Shown one piece after another: positions 21,949 to 36,355 of a stretch of DNA of 64,000 bases (its first letter is position 1; each line of letters opens with the position of its first letter). The notes beneath the pieces are model-generated. The model did not search any database, was not told the origin of the DNA, and saw only the letters and a list, made by a program, of their open reading frames with translations. This stretch comes from Centroscyllium fabricii (Eukaryota). Position numbers and translations under genes: made by a program. The stretch spans positions 84,444,001-84,508,000 of the forward strand of contig JBNRSN020000003.1 of NCBI GenBank assembly GCA_051313645.2, read 5' to 3'.

Positions 21949-22825
21949 GGTCTAGAAATTGGATAGCACAGCGCCTGTTTCTTCAGTCGTTAAACAAGTG
22001 CTGAAGGGTCCAAAATGACATGCTGCGTGCACGCTGATTCCACGCTGGGTGTGCAGCACATGCCATATTGGTGTTAGGCTTGTTGCAAATCAGGGCCTAA
22101 CGCCTATTTCTGGCCCCTTTGCTAAAATGATTCCTGACTGACTGCAGCATGCCCTGTGTGCGCTGCGGCCAGTTTCCCCAGGTGAGAAGCAACCAAACCG
22201 GTGGCCTTTAAAGGAACCGCTGCATGCTGCAAGCAAAAAAGTGCCTTAATCGGTAACCAGAGAACACAGATTTTAGATAATTGGCAAAAAAGCTGTGGGG
22301 AGATGAGGAGAATTGTTTTACGCAGCGAATTATTATGATCTGGAATGTGCTGCCTGAAAGGATGGTGGAAGCCGATTCAATAGTAACTTTCAAAAGGGAA
22401 GTGGATATATACTTAAAGAGTAAACATTGCAGGGTCACGGGAAAGAGCAGGGAAGTGGGACTAATAGGATAGCTTTTTCAAAGGGCCGGCAGAGGCACGA
22501 TGGGCCAAATGGCCTCCTTCTATGTTGTATGATTCAATGAATGTCCTTCAATGAATGAGCTTCTCCTAACTCCACATTAAAATTGCAGGCAGCTGCTGGC
22601 CACTGCTTGCCCCCCTCCGCTAACCGATTACATCACCATCCCCCCCCCTCCCACCCCGGACTCACTTACTTCTTATGGTAACTGCCACCTGCGGTTCACC
22701 GGTACGATATGGCCGAGACCGGCAGACCAATTTGCCACTGTCCTGTCGTCGGCCTCTGTGGGCATGTGCAGCGTGTGCTGCACCCAGATCCTGCCCCAAT
22801 TCAGGTGTGATCCAATTTCTAGACA
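21949..22825. mobile_element. MITE with nested CR1 fragment (22250-22540, +)
   Basis: TIR GTCTAGAAATTGGAT/ATCCAATTTCTAGAC, apparent CAT TSD; internal FTQRIIMIWNVLP CR1 text. Confidence 0.65.
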
Positions 22826-23763
22826 CATAGACATAGAAACCTAGAAGATAGGAGCAGGAGTAGGCCATTCGGCCCCTCGAGCCAGCTCCGCCATTCAACG
22901 AGATCATGGCTAATCATTCAAATTCAGTACCCTGTTCCTGTTTTTTCCCCATATCCCTTGATCCCTTTAACCTTAAGAAATATATCCAACTCCTTCTTGA
23001 ATATATTTAATGAATTGGCCTCAACTGCCTTCTGTGGTAGCGAATTCCACAGGTTCGCCACTCTCTGGGTGAAGAAGTTCTTCCTCATCTCTGTCCTAAA
23101 TGGCTTACCCCTTATCCTTAGACTGTGACCCCTGGTTCTGGACTCCCCAGCCATCGGGAACATCCTTCCTGCATCTAGTCTGTCCAGTCCTTTTAGAATT
23201 TTATAAGTTTCAATGAGATCCCCTCTCATTCTTCTAAACTCCAGCGAGTACAAGCCAAATCGACCCAATCTCTCCTCATACGTCTTTCCTGCCATCCCAG
23301 GTATCAGCCTGGTGAATCTTCGCTGCACTCCCTCCATGGCAAGGACATCCTTCCTTAGATAAGGTGACCAAAACTGCACACAATACTCAAGATGTGGTCT
23401 CACCAAGTATAACTGCAGAAAGACATCCTTGTTTCTGTACTCAAATCCTCTCGCTATGAAGGCCAACATACCATTTGCCTTCTTCACCGCCTGCTGCACC
23501 TGCATGCTTACCTTCAGCAACTGGTGCACAAGGACACCCAGGTCCCGTTCAGATAACAACCTGCCTTCCTGTTTTTGACGCCAAAGTGGATAACCTAGCA
23601 TTTATCCACGTTGTATTGCATCTGCCATGCTTCTGCCTAATCACCCAACCTGTCCAAATCATACTGGAGTTTCTAGGCATCCTCCTCACAGCACACACCC
23701 CCACTCAGCTTTGTGCCATCTGCAAACTTGGAGATATTACATCTAGTTCCCTTGTCTAGATCA
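22826..23763 (-). mobile_element. CR1 LINE 3' fragment (ORF2 C-terminus)
   Basis: RPHLEYCVQFWSP, RRMRGDLIE, FFTQRVANLWNSLP; CR1 tail. Confidence 0.93.
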
Positions 23764-23767
23764 TTAA

Positions 23768-24680
23768 TAAGAACATAAGAAATAGGAGCAGGAGTAGGCC
23801 AATCGGCCCCTCGAGCCTGCTCCGCCATTCAATAAGATCATGGCTGATCTGATCCTAACAACCAACCTACTATCACAGAAGCATCTCCTGCATCTAACAG
23901 AATTAGACACATGAAATAGGAGCAGGATCAGGCTACACGGTCCCTGGGCCCACTCCACTACCCACTGGGCCATGACCGATCTGAACCTAGACTCATGTCC
24001 AAATTCCTGCCCGCTCCCCGTAACCCTTAATCCCTTTTACTACTAGGAAACTGTCTATTTCTGTTTTAAATTTATGTAATGATGTAGCTTCTACAGCTTT
24101 TTGGGGCAGCATGTTCCATGGACCTACCACCCTCTGAGTGAAGTAGTTTCTCTTCATCTCAGTTTTGAAAGAGCAGCCCCTTATTCTAAGATTATGCCCC
24201 CTTGTTCTAGTTTCACCCATCATTGGGAACATCTTCCCCACATCCACCCGATCCAACCCCTTCACAATCTTATATATTTCAATAAGATCTCCCCTCATTC
24301 TTCTGAACTCCAATAACTAGAGTCCCAATCTACTCAACCACTCCTCATATGTCCAACCCCTCATCCCTGGGATTAACCGAGTGAACCTTCTTTGTACTGA
24401 CTCGAGAGCAAGTATGTCCTTTCTTAAGTATGGACACCAAAACTGTATGCAGTATTCCAGGAGCGGTCTCACCAATACCTTGTACAACTGAAGCAATACC
24501 TCCCTATTTTTATATTCTATCCCCCTAGCAATGAAAGCCAACATTCCATTGGCCTTCTTGATCACTTGCTGCACCTGCATACTAACCTTTTGAGTTGTGT
24601 GCACCAGGACCCCCAGATCCCTTTGTACTGCAGTACTTTCCAGTTTAATATATATTGTGAATAACTGGGGTCCTAGGACC
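23768..24680 (-). mobile_element. CR1 LINE 3' fragment
   Basis: ORFs 23993-24604 with the same CR1 motifs; (TTCTTATG) tail. Confidence 0.92.
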
Positions 24681-27600
24681 TATGTTTCATTTGTTTCAAA
24701 GTGGCTCACATCCATTGGTTTCATTAGGAAGTCATTAATTGGAGTAAAAAAAGGCACTCTTCCAAATTTGTCAAAGATGATGAATGCTGCTGAGAGACGT
24801 CGTTCAGTCTCAGAACGTGCTGCTCCACAAACTGTTAGATACGGATTGATACCTGAAAGTCCCATACCTGTAAAATTTTAGTGTCAACTGAGTTGCCATT
24901 GGGAGCTGCCAAGCAGAGGCAAGACTCTTCCCTGTGAAGAGAGGAGAAACATCAGATGGTGCAGCCTCATCGGTCACTCTCGTGCACCTAACAGCTGCAG
25001 AGTGGCTTGTTAGTTGCCTAGAACCAGTTTGCTGTCTATGCTTTCAGTGGGAGAAGGAGTATTCGGCCCAGGGAAAATAGTATCTAAAGGGCAATTTAAA
25101 AATTAAAATTAAAAGGGGGATCTCAACTATAAAAATAATTTAAAAGGAAGCCATACAAAAGCACAAAATCTGGAATTAAATGAGTTAGTGGCATCAGACT
25201 AGCCTTTAACAACACAGGTAATCTGCCATTTCTGACATCAGTATTTTTTTAACTTCAGTTTCAGACAAATAAACACCAACTTTTCTGGAAAGTGACCTTG
25301 TAAGTCACCTGCAATTATAATAATTAGGATAGAGCTGCCCTTTAAGAAACTGCGCATTCCTCAAACTGAAAAACAAACCAGGTCCAATCACTTTGAAAGT
25401 AAATAGAGGCTGGCTGACGGGCACTTGCGTGTTCCCAATGCTTTCAGAACTGATGACCTGACCATGTTGAAATGGTCAGGTCACTGGTTAGGGGAAAAGA
25501 AATGAGAGCATGCGGCTACCCGTCAGTTATCAAACTGACACACCAACAGTGCTGGGACAGACAACCATTTAATTCTATTTCACAGCTTTCACTGCCAGTT
25601 TTTATTTCAGTTTTACTGTGGAGCTCCTTCTGTGGAGGTGGAGAGGTTCTTAACATCGTGCACAGAAGCCATTAGAGGTGTGCTGGCGGTGTCATACATT
25701 CATTTGCAGGGGACACTTTAACAAAATATATGGTACAGACCCCACCCCTTACACCATCTACGCTCACCATGGCAGCCGCCTATATCGGGCAAATAGCAAT
25801 AACTATTTGCCAGTACCATTGAATTCAATTATAAATGTACCGCTTATAGCATATTAAGCATGCCGGCTGTTTCGGACAGCTCAATGGGTTCTTCAATAAG
25901 TTTGTACCTCATTAATCTTTTGTATTTGTGAAATCAGCCCTATATCTTGATAATTGGATTCATCAACGGCATGAAAATAGAGCCGTGAAGGGAAAAACGC
26001 CCAATCGAAACTGGCCGTGAATTCATAGGCTGCCGTTTACTCCTTAGTGGCAGAATATTGTTTGATTTCAGCCTGTTGAGAATATATTGGCTAGCTTCAG
26101 TCTGTTGGAGCAACGAAATGAGGAGACTTAACCTATTACGGTTTAACCGGACACTGCTCATGGCAGACGAATCCCGTTAACACCAACATGCCAACGATAA
26201 GTGGTGGGGACTGTAACTGATTGGTGGGAGTTTTAACTCTCCCCGCTGGGCGGGAGCAGAGGTGGCAAGCAGCTAAAATGGAGCGGCTCCTTTCCCGCTG
26301 ATCTCCAATATTAACAGCGATTGAGAACTCAGGCGGGAACCTCACGCACAAATGCTAATTGTAGTCCGATGACGTCAATAGGACCCCGATCGTACTTTAA
26401 TTGGGGCTTGAGTGGGGAAGCTTCCACAACTGAAGCAGGTCAGCAGCTGGTGGGAAGGACGAAGGAGCCCTTCAGCTGAGTGAAAACATTTCCTCTGTGG
26501 GGTGAAGATAGGTGGGAGCGCTCCTCTGGGCCTCACAAGGAAAGTCGCAGCTTTCCTTCCCCTAGACTCCTCCATTTTCTGCCGCAAGACTGTCCTGAAA
26601 TCTCCGAGCCCACCATTTACCTGCAAGCTGGCCGTCCAATCTTTCCCTAGCAGCAGCTGCTCCGTGTCCTCTTCCCACCCATTCCTGGCTGGAAGTGGAC
26701 CAATGGCATTTGAGAGGCCAGGAGTTAAAATACCTCAGCCTGAAACTTAGACCAGCAAGTGTGTTTCACTGCACACCCACTTGCCCCAAACCTGCTTGGG
26801 TTAAAATCAACTGCGTTGTAATTTATCTGTTGTATCACTTATATCACAAAGCGACGATAAAATGTAAGGATTTTTCATAGTTAATGATTTTTTCAATGTA
26901 GATGCCCTGGTGTCACAATGCACTGGGCTAGCAGAATGTCCTGTCCACACTTTCTTACAGATTGATACTAACACACCACCTAGTGAGATACCAGGAGGAG
27001 ACAAGGGTTTCTTTTTAAGAATGGAGGAAAAAAAGTGACTCATGCTAGGCCATTCTCATTGAACTCCTGACAACCGACCTAAAAATGCTATTTATGTGGA
27101 TTATGTGGTCTGCCTTTTGTCAGCTAAAAACTGGTACATGAGAAGAAACTTTTCACACAATGGACTATTTTTATGACTTGGCCTTTTTTTCATTTGACTG
27201 GTTATTCTCCACTTTGTTTCGTCAATTTTACCTCTAAAGCTCGATACTGCTTAATTTCCAAGAAACGTTTCCAATAGGATTCAAAACTTCAAGATAAGCC
27301 AGCCATGCTTTGCAACTTTCAGTTTTGACGTTCCCATATTGATAGACTGTTCCGTATTCTTACAGGAAAAATATTGGCAAAGAACAGGGAGGATAATGGA
27401 AAAGCTGCCAAATGAACTGTTTTCCACTTCTGGACCCAGGAATTTCAAGGGGTCTCTTTTGAAGGTAGATTTGGGGTGAGGCAGATCTTCTGCCCCATGG
27501 ATGTGTCCCTGACCCTGCCCCATATCCTGTCCAGATGACAATTTTTCCACCCTCAAACATGTAGAATTTTAGAGTTCAATTGTTTTATATTATTCTTAAA

Positions 27601-28319
27601 AATGGATTCCTTGGTTCGCAAATCTAAAATGAGATCACGCCTATCACTGAGCAGCTACCACACGTTTCTTGAAGCATTTTCACTTATAGATATATACAGA
27701 AAAATGTATCAAGGATTTGCAGGAACAATATAAGCAGAAACATCAGTACCTGCAAGTAAAGCCTATTCCTAATCTGGGAGCATTGCAATTTGCACCTTAC
27801 AATGCGAGTGTAACAGCTTTAATATGTCCAGATGTGAACTGCGCCCATTTGAATTCCAGGATCATTGCCTGGCTCTATTAAGATCAACATTCACTTGGCC
27901 CCAATAACCTCAGAGTACTCTAAGAGCAGGCACAAGCATACTACTGTCAGTGGAAATGGCAGAGGCAGCTGCAGTACTTGCCCACCAACATGCACCAGAA
28001 TAGAGGGGGAGGAGAACTTGTCTCCCAAGCAATATATCAACCTGTAAAATTTACTTGTTTCTAATTGAGAGTTAGTACCTCAGATGCAATGAATCCACCT
28101 TCAAGGATTGTATGAGGAACCACAGTTAAAAGATTGTGTTGTTGTTTATGGGAGACCTAAAATGGAGGAAGAGTTTGGCACAGAAAGAACACTCCCCCTT
28201 TATTGTAATTTCTGTTTTAACAAAAACTATAGTTACACTCATGGGAACAGGATCTCTTGGATGTATGTGTACTTGCATGTGTACATTAGCACAGCCATAT
28301 ACACCTCTCTGGACATTTT

Positions 28320-30650
28320 CATGTATCTACTTGATCAGACGTGATGGAGTCTCTTGTCTATTTGATGGCCAAGTCTCAGTTGTTGTAGATGTGCTGATGG
28401 GAGCAGTGCCCGATCCTGGACACACATATTACATTGAAAGCCAGATGAGGCAGAGAGTCAAGTTGCCTTGTGTGCCAGGTGCTCGGCAGCCAATCTCACA
28501 ACCTCATAGCCTCAAACTGACCTGGTAGACATGTTGCCATCGTGGTCTGTGTTTTCCCAGTTGGTGGAGTTAATATCACAAGATTTGAAGGTGAACTTCG
28601 GTCTGTGGCGGCACGCCCACTAAGACATCGAATCCGCCACGGGGACTCCGCGGAGCAAAGCCCCGCTCATCCGGGTGACGCGACGACGTCATCACGTCGG
28701 CCGACGCGATGACGTCACCAACCGCGGGACTGTTTAAATACGATTGCTGCGAGTGGTTCACTCTCTTTCTTGTTTTGACTTAGTGTAATAAAGCTGTGTT
28801 TTCTCTAGCTCTGGCTCACGTGTGGTTCCTAGGCCTGCCGGCGCTACAGTGGTGACCCCGAACTGGAACGACTTCCAGTGAAGAAAAAGCTGCCGCAGGA
28901 TCTGGGACCACCAGCCAAAGACTTTTTAAAGAAAGCATGGTAAACCCAAGAAACCAAGCTCCACGAACGCAGGGAGCTGGACAGAACGCCGGACGTGGAC
29001 TAACCCTACCCGAGTTCTGGGAGCAACGGCCAGCGGCCTGGTTCATGTGCATTGAGACCAGCTGCCGCACACATGGCATTCAAGGGGACGACCGCTACGA
29101 CCTGGTGTTCTCAGCCCTTCCACATCGATCTCGTCGGGCCACTACCGCCATCCCGGGGCCACACGCACCTAATGACCATGGTCGACCGCAACACTTGCTG
29201 GCCAGAAGCAGTCCCCCTCACCGCCACCGGCACCACGGACTTGGCCAGGGCGTTCATCGCCACCTGGGTCGCCCGCTTCGGCGTGCCCACAGACATCACC
29301 TCCGACAGAGGACCCCAATTTACGTTGGCATTATGGGCGGCCATCGCCCGCGACCTCGGGGTGACACTACACCGAACCACCGCATACCACCCACAGGCGA
29401 ACGGCCTATGCGAACGGTTCCACCGCTCGATGAAGGCATCACTACGGGCCACACTAAAAGACGCATCGTGGACCGACCGCCTTCCATGGGTCCTCCTCGG
29501 GCTGCGCTCGGCAGTCAAAGAAGACCTCAACGCCTCGGCAGCGGAGCTCGTCTACGGCCAAACTTTAACGGCGCCGGGCGAGTTCCTGGCTGAGCCCAAC
29601 GCTCCCTGGTCAGCCGACCAGTATTTAAAAGATTTCGCCAACCCGGCACGAGCTTTCCAGCCACTACCAGTGGCCCGGCACGGAGAGCCGGCAGCTCGGG
29701 TGCCGGACAACATTAAAAACGCGAAATTCGTGTTCGTCCGGCGCGACGGACACCGATCTCCACTACAGCCACCTTACGATGGCCCCTACAGTGTGCTTCG
29801 GGCGGGAGCTAAAGCTTTCGAGTTACAAATGGGCAACAGGACTGACACTGTGACAATAGACTGGCTCAAGCCGGCACATGTGATAGCGGGTGAGACCACG
29901 GTCCCCGCACAACCACCACAACACGGTCGCCCTCCCGCAACAAAACCCGCCCACACTCCACCGCAGAACCAGGAGCAACGAACAACACGGTCCGGCCGCA
30001 TCATCCGGCCGCCCCAACGGCACAACATAGACTCTGTCACTATTCCTCCCGGACGGATTCTGGGGGGAGCTGTGTGGCGGCACGCCCACTAAGACATCGA
30101 ATCCGCCACGGGGACTCCGCGGAGCAAAGCCCCGCTCATCCGGGTGACGCGACGACATCATCACGTCGGCCGACGCGATGACGTCACCAACCGCGGGACT
30201 GTTTAAATACGATTGCTGCGAGTGGTTCACTCTCTTTCTTGTTTTGACTTAGTGTAATAAAGCTGTGTTTTCTCTAGCTCTGGCTCACGTGTGGTTCCTA
30301 GGCCTGCCGGCGCTACAGGTCTGTCTTTATTGCGTTTTATCTGCCTATCTCTGTTGCGATATCTGGACTGCAGGTGGGTGTAGAAGACAGATTTGAGAAT
30401 TCTATAATCAGGCATTAGCGCGACATGTCCAGACCAACGCCTGTATGATTGTGAACTCAATTCCAGTTATATAGCAGTGCTTCAGGATATCAGTGTTAGA
30501 CGCCCTGGCCTGCCACATGATGCCAGTGGATACATCGTAGATAGCGCAATTGGAAATGATCAAGTCATTCGATGTGACGGCAGTAGCAGATCCATGACTC
30601 CAATCCATATAGTAGGGTGATGAGGACGACACCTTGGTACATAGTGACTT
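28320..30650 (-). mobile_element. Old RTE-clade LINE fragment, split by the CsRn1 copy
   Basis: RRWSGHVALMPDYRILKSVFY...QIKRNKD continues left of 28600 as ..KFTFKSCDINSTNWEN; boundaries approximate. Confidence 0.65.
28604..30317 (+). mobile_element. Internally deleted CsRn1-clade element (gag 5' end fused to integrase core)
   Basis: LTRs 28604-28848 and 30073-30317 (1 mismatch); TSD GGTC; deletion junction at TCCACA microhomology ~29118-29123. Confidence 0.95.
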
Positions 30651-31359
30651 TTGTTGCCAGAGGTTAATCTGCCAACAAAAGTCAGATATTTGAAAGGAGT
30701 CATTTCCAAGTATTTGTCATGTAATCAAAATGCATACAAGATATATATGATACTTCGTTCAGATTGACTCCTACAAAGAATGTTAAATTGAATCATATGC
30801 CGATCTATCTAAAGGTTATACAGGGTACTCTGATTAGAAATTCAACAGCCTCTCAATATTATGTACATAATAATGGCTAGACAGATAAAAAGAGTTTAAG
30901 TAACTAAAGAAGTAATTTAATGAATTTGGGCACTCTCTCTCTGCTGCCTCCCACACAATGATTTTGTGTCTGTTAAAATTAATGATGGGCAAACTGTGCA
31001 AAGTCTACACTCAAACTGTCAATATATACTCCTAGCAGGCAATGCTCCACAACAGGAGAGTAAATTCATAAAATGACCCCTTAAATATCAAGAGCACATT
31101 TAGTAAACACTAACTTGGAAATCACTCTTTTGGTGCTGCAAATAAAATAAGTTTTGGTTTGTGAGCACTGTTAGGGACACAACCGAAGGCACAATCTTGC
31201 TTTTTTTCCCAGTTAACCGCACAATAGTTTTCACACAACAGTAGTTAATCGGATTGTGGCTACAACCTAGCTATCAGCAACAGTTTAAGGACCTTAGTTA
31301 AGGCAGTTTTAAAGTATATGCAAGAGCAACACACGTTTGTGCTCAGCAATTTGATAGTA

Positions 31360-31701
31360 CAGGTACAGAATCCCTTATCCGAAACCCGTGGGACCGGACG
31401 GGTCTCGGTTTTTGTGATTTTTCGGTTTTCGGATGGTGCCTAGTGTGCATGAGCAGATCACATGCGCATTGCCGTGTTGGCGGCCCAGTGCGCAGGCTGA
31501 AACGGTAGGAGATTGTGGGCTCGGGGAGGAATTGGACCCATGGGTCCATTTCTTTACATTGGTAAGCTCTACTTTCTTGTTAATTTTATTTTTATCACTG
31601 GATTATATTGAATTGGCTTTCAAAACGGGTCAGTTTTGGCGCAACTCGGGTTTTCGGAGCTTTTCGGTTTTCGGATGTGCGGTTAAGTGATTGTGTACCT
31701 G
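31360..31701. mobile_element. Tc1/mariner (Tigger-like) MITE
   Basis: TA|CAGGTACAGAATCCCTTATCCG...CGGTTAAGTGATTGTGTACCTG|TA. Confidence 0.8.
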
Positions 31702-32105
31702 TATAACTAATAAAAACATAAGAACATAAGAAATAAGAGCAGGAGTAGGCCATACAGCCCCTCGAGCCTGCTCCACCATTCAATAAGATCATGGCTGATC
31801 ATCGACCTTGACGTATCGTCAATTTGTCTTAATAAAAGACTGGACGAGTAGTTACCGTAACTAAAGGCTTTTATTAACTTACTTTGGAGCTACCCTCCGA
31901 ACGAACATCAGAACAGAATGAGGGAGCCCCGGTCAGTCCTCACCTATAAAGGCCTCACCTGGGGGAGGAGTTAGAGGTGTGGCTGACCTGGCTCCACGAC
32001 AGTATTACAGGGCTGTGTATCACACAAAGCCAATGTTGGCGACAATAATACAGTGGTAATAGTATATACAATATGGGTTACCACATTCACCCCTTCTTGA
32101 AAATT

Positions 32106-35100
32106 TTAAGTCCGGCGGGGTGAATGGACAGAGCAGTTCAATATGAGCTTGTCCGGCGGTCGTGTCAGCCTGGAGGACCGCCGGGGCTCCGATAAAGGTT
32201 CCTTGTGTTCCGTACTGCTCGAGTCCGGTGGTGATGACAGCGGCTCTGGTGCCGTGATTTCAGATGCTGGTGGTCTCAAATGGTCCGAGCCATCGGAATG
32301 GAGGTCTTGGGCTGGCCACGGCTGGGGCTCTGGAAACCTCGGAGGCCATCGTAGATGTAGAGGGTGTTCTAGATACTGTGGCTGGGCGGGCTGCTGCCCG
32401 ACCAGGGGCTCTGCTGTGGTGCTTCCTGCGGGCGCCAGGTCCCTGATGGATACGGTGTCCTCGTGCCCGTCCGGGAACTGTATGAAGGCATATTGCGGGT
32501 TCGCATGCAGGAGCTGCACCTTATCCACCAGGGGGTCGGTCTTGTGGCCACGGATGTGTCGTGAGCCATGGAGGAAGAGCTGTCCCCGAAGTCGACTTCC
32601 TGGGGAAGGAAAAAATCAAGTCATGAGGGGTGGCGTTAGTGGCCGTACACAGGAGAGAGCGTATTGAATGCAGCGCATCTGGGAGGACTGCCTGCCAATG
32701 GGCCACTGGAAGGCCTCTGGACTTCAGGGCCAGGGTGACCGCCTTCCAGATGATCCCATTCTCCCTTTCTACCTGGCCGTTCCCCCGGGGGTTATAACTG
32801 GTCGTTCTGCTCGTGGCAACCCCTTTCTGGAGCAGAAACTGACGCAGTTCATCGCTCATGAACGATGACCCCCGGTCGCTATGGATGTAGCTGGGGAGAC
32901 CGAAAATGGCGAACAGCGTGGTGAAGTGTTTTATCACCGTTGCGCTCGTCATATCTGCGCAGGGGAAGGCGAAGGCGAAGCGGGAGAACTCATCTACGAG
33001 CGTGAGGAAGTATGAGTTGCGGTCGGTGGTGGGGAGGGTGTCTTTGAAGTCCATGCTGAGACGTTCAAAGGGGCGGGTGGCCTTGATGAGGTGCACCGTG
33101 TCTGGCCGGAAAAATTGGGGTTTGCACTCGGCGCAAACAGGGCACTCTCGGGTCATAGCCTTGATCTCCGTGATGGAGTAGGGGAGGCTACGGGATCTAA
33201 CGAAGTGGGCGAGTCTGGTGACACCCGGGTGGCAAAGGCAGTCGTGGAGGTCCTTCAGCCGGTCTAGCTGGGCACTGGCGCACGTTCCCCTGGACAGTGC
33301 GTCCAGGGGTTCATTGAGTTTACCTGGTCGGTAAAGAATGTCGTACTCGTAAGTCGAGAGTTCGATCCGCCACCGCAGGATCTTATCATTCTTGATTTTA
33401 CCCTTCTGTTTATTATTAAACATAAACGCCACCGACCGCTGGTCGGTGAGAAGGGTAAAACGCTTACCGGCCAGGTAATGACGCCAGTAGCGCACAGCCT
33501 CCACGATGGCCTGGGCCTCCTTTTCCACTGCAGAGTGGCGAGTTTCGGGTCCCTGTAGGGTGCGGGAGAAAAACGCCACGGGCCTGCCTGCCTGATTCAA
33601 GGTGGCAACAAGGGCAAAGTCCGAAGCGTCGCTCTCCACCTGGAAGGGAATGGATTCATCAACAGCGAGCATGGTCGCCTTGATGATGTCTTCCTTTATC
33701 CGGGCGAATGCCATTTGGGCGTCTACCGAGAGGGGGAAGACGGCAGCCTTGAGGAGTGGTCTAGCCTTGTCCGCGAACTGTGGGACCCATTGTGCGTAGT
33801 AGGAGAAAAATCCTAGGCATCTCCTCAAGGCTTTGTGGTTGTGAGGTAGGGGCAGTTCTTGTAGGGGGCGCATACGCTGTGGGTTGGGGCCGAGGACCCC
33901 GTTCTCCACCACGTATCCGAGGATGGCGAGCCGGTCTGTATTAAAGACACATTTGTCTTTGTTATACGTGAGGTCCAGCTTATCCGCCGTGTCAAGGAAT
34001 TTGGACAGATTGGCATCGTGGTCCTGCTGGTCGTGGCCGCAGATGGTCACGTTGTCCAGGTAAGGGAAAGTGGCCCGCAACTCGTTCTGGTCAACCATGC
34101 GGTCCATCTCCCGTTGGAACACTGACCCTCCGTTGGTCACGCCGAAGGGGACCCGGAGGAAGTGGTAGAGCCGACCGTTCGCCTCGAAGACGGTGTACGG
34201 GCGGTCGGCTTTCCGGATCGGGAGTTGGTGATACGCCGACTTAAGGTCGATCGTGGAGAACACCTTATATTGGGCGATCTGATTGACCATGTCCGAGATG
34301 CGGGGGAGGGGGTAGGCGTCGAGCCCGGTGTAGCGGTTGATATTCTGGCTGTAATCGATAACCAGCCGCTGTTTCTCACCAGACTTCACCACTACTACCT
34401 GGGCCCGCCAGGGGCTGGTGCTGGCTTCAATTATCCCCTCCTTCAGCATACGCCCGACCTCCGACCTGATAAACGTGCGATCCCCCACACTGTACCGCCG
34501 ACTCTTTGTCGCAATAGGTTTGCACTTGGGGTCGAGGTTGGCGAACAGTGAGGGGGGGTCGATTTTCACGGTGGAGAGGCCGCAGGCCGGGCTCCGCTTT
34601 GGGAAGGGACTGCCCGGCTACTGACGGTGAGGGGGGCAAGGTCCCGCTGAACTCCATTGTCACGCTCTTGAGGTGGCACTGGAAATCCAGACCTAGAAAG
34701 GCTGGGGCACACAACTGCTTGAGGGTGTACAATTTAAAATTACGGTACACGCACCCCTTGACTGTGAGCGTGACGGAGCAGTAGCCGGTGACGTCCGCGG
34801 TGTGGGACTGTGAAGCAAGGGAGACTTGGTAGTTCGTGGGCAGGATCTGCAGTCCGCAGCGCTGCACTGTATCGGGGTGCACAAAACTCTCCGTGCTTCC
34901 AGTGTCGAACAGGCAATCGGTAATATGGCCATTAATTTTAATTGGCATGATCGAATTTGAAAGGTTGTGCGGCCTATCCTGGTCCACTTTGGGTATGGCT
35001 GAGGTCGAAGTGTGCCTTTGTGTGTGGGGGCCCCCTGCTGGTTGGGGCTGTACACAAAATGGCGGCGCCCCTGGCTCGCACATGGTGGGGCCCTGGAGAC

Positions 35101-36355
35101 AAAATGGCGGCGCCCCTGGCTCGCACATGGTGGGGCCCTGGAGACAAAATGGCGGCGCCGGGGGGGTCGCACATGGCGGGCCGCTGGAGACGAGATGGCG
35201 GCGCCGGGGGTCGCACATGGTGGGCCACTGGAGGCAAGGTGGCGGCGCCCGTGGTTCGCACGCGGCTGACCGCTGTGAGCGCACTGGCGACGCCCGTGGT
35301 TTGCACGCAGCGGGCCGCGGTGACTGGGTTGGCGGTGCCCGTGGTTCGCACGCAGCGAGCCGCGGTGGTTGGGTTGGCGGTGCCCGTGATTCGCACGCAG
35401 CCGGCCACGTTGGGTCTGCTGCAGGCGTTGGGGTGTCGTGCTTGGCCGGCCTTTGCCGCATCAGGGTGGGGGATGGGGGCGCTTTCCTTCTACCCCCGGA
35501 CCGTCGCTGGATCGCGCTGCTATTGCAGCTTACCTGAGGTCTGACGGAGCTTTCACAGGCTGCGCTGTTGTACCTGGAGTTGGGCGCTGCTGGTGCTGAT
35601 CTGCAGGCCTTCGCATAGTGTCCCTTTTTGGAGCACCTCTCACAGGTCGCGGTCCTTGCTGGGCATCTCGCTCGTGGGTGCAGTCCCTGGCCGCAGAAAT
35701 AGCACCATTTGTCCTTTGCGGCTGTCGCAGCCATCGTGGGGGTCTCGACCCGTTGTGTTGCTGCCCAGGCCTGGGCCCGTTGTGGCGCGGCCCACATGTC
35801 GTAGGCCTGCGGGTTTGTGCCGCTGTACGCCTGCAGCTTATTGCGTGCTCCTTCAACGGAGTTAGCTATGGCGATCGCCTCCTCAAGAGTCAAAGAGTCC
35901 TTTTCGAGCAGCCGCTGGCGGGCTTCCACGCACCTCAGGCCAGTTACATACGCATCTCGGACGAGGAGGTTCGCCTCCTCTTCTGCTGTCCGGGCTTGGC
36001 AGCCACAGACCCGTACCAGGGCCTGGAGCACTTGCTCAAACTGTTCATTGGTCTCACCCGGTAGTTGTGGTCTGGTCGCGAGCACATGTCTGGCGTAGAC
36101 CGAATGGACCGGGCGCGCATAGCATTTCCTCAGCTTTTCCACTGCCCCTGGGTAGGTTTTGGCGTCTCGGATGAGGGAGAATACTTGGCTGGAGATCCTA
36201 GACCGGAGAACCTGCAACTTGTTCCCGTCGGTTGTAGCCTTGGCGGCGTCCATGTAGGCCTCCAGGAGACCGAACCAGTGTTCGAACATGGTGGCGGCGG
36301 CTGGGTCCTGTGGACTGATATCCAGCTTTTCTGGCTTTACCGCACCGCTCTCCAT
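32106..36355 (-). pseudogene. gag-pol: gag-pol, two frameshifts
   Basis: ORFs 34427-36355 (Gag, DTGS), 32521-34569 (RT YLDN, RH, IN) and 32106-32528. Confidence 0.92.
35055..35400 (-). repeat. Coding tandem repeats between Gag and protease (45-bp and 39-bp units; CEPGAPP/CEPRAPP)
   Basis: Repeated CAAAATGGCGGCGCCCCTGGCTCGCACATGG and GCCCGTGGTTCGCACGCAGC. Confidence 0.85.

Noticed and set aside
25700-26810. Additional MITEs (also ~37710-39940)
   Set aside because: Repeat-like composition, but matching TIR/TSD pairs could not be fixed by eye.
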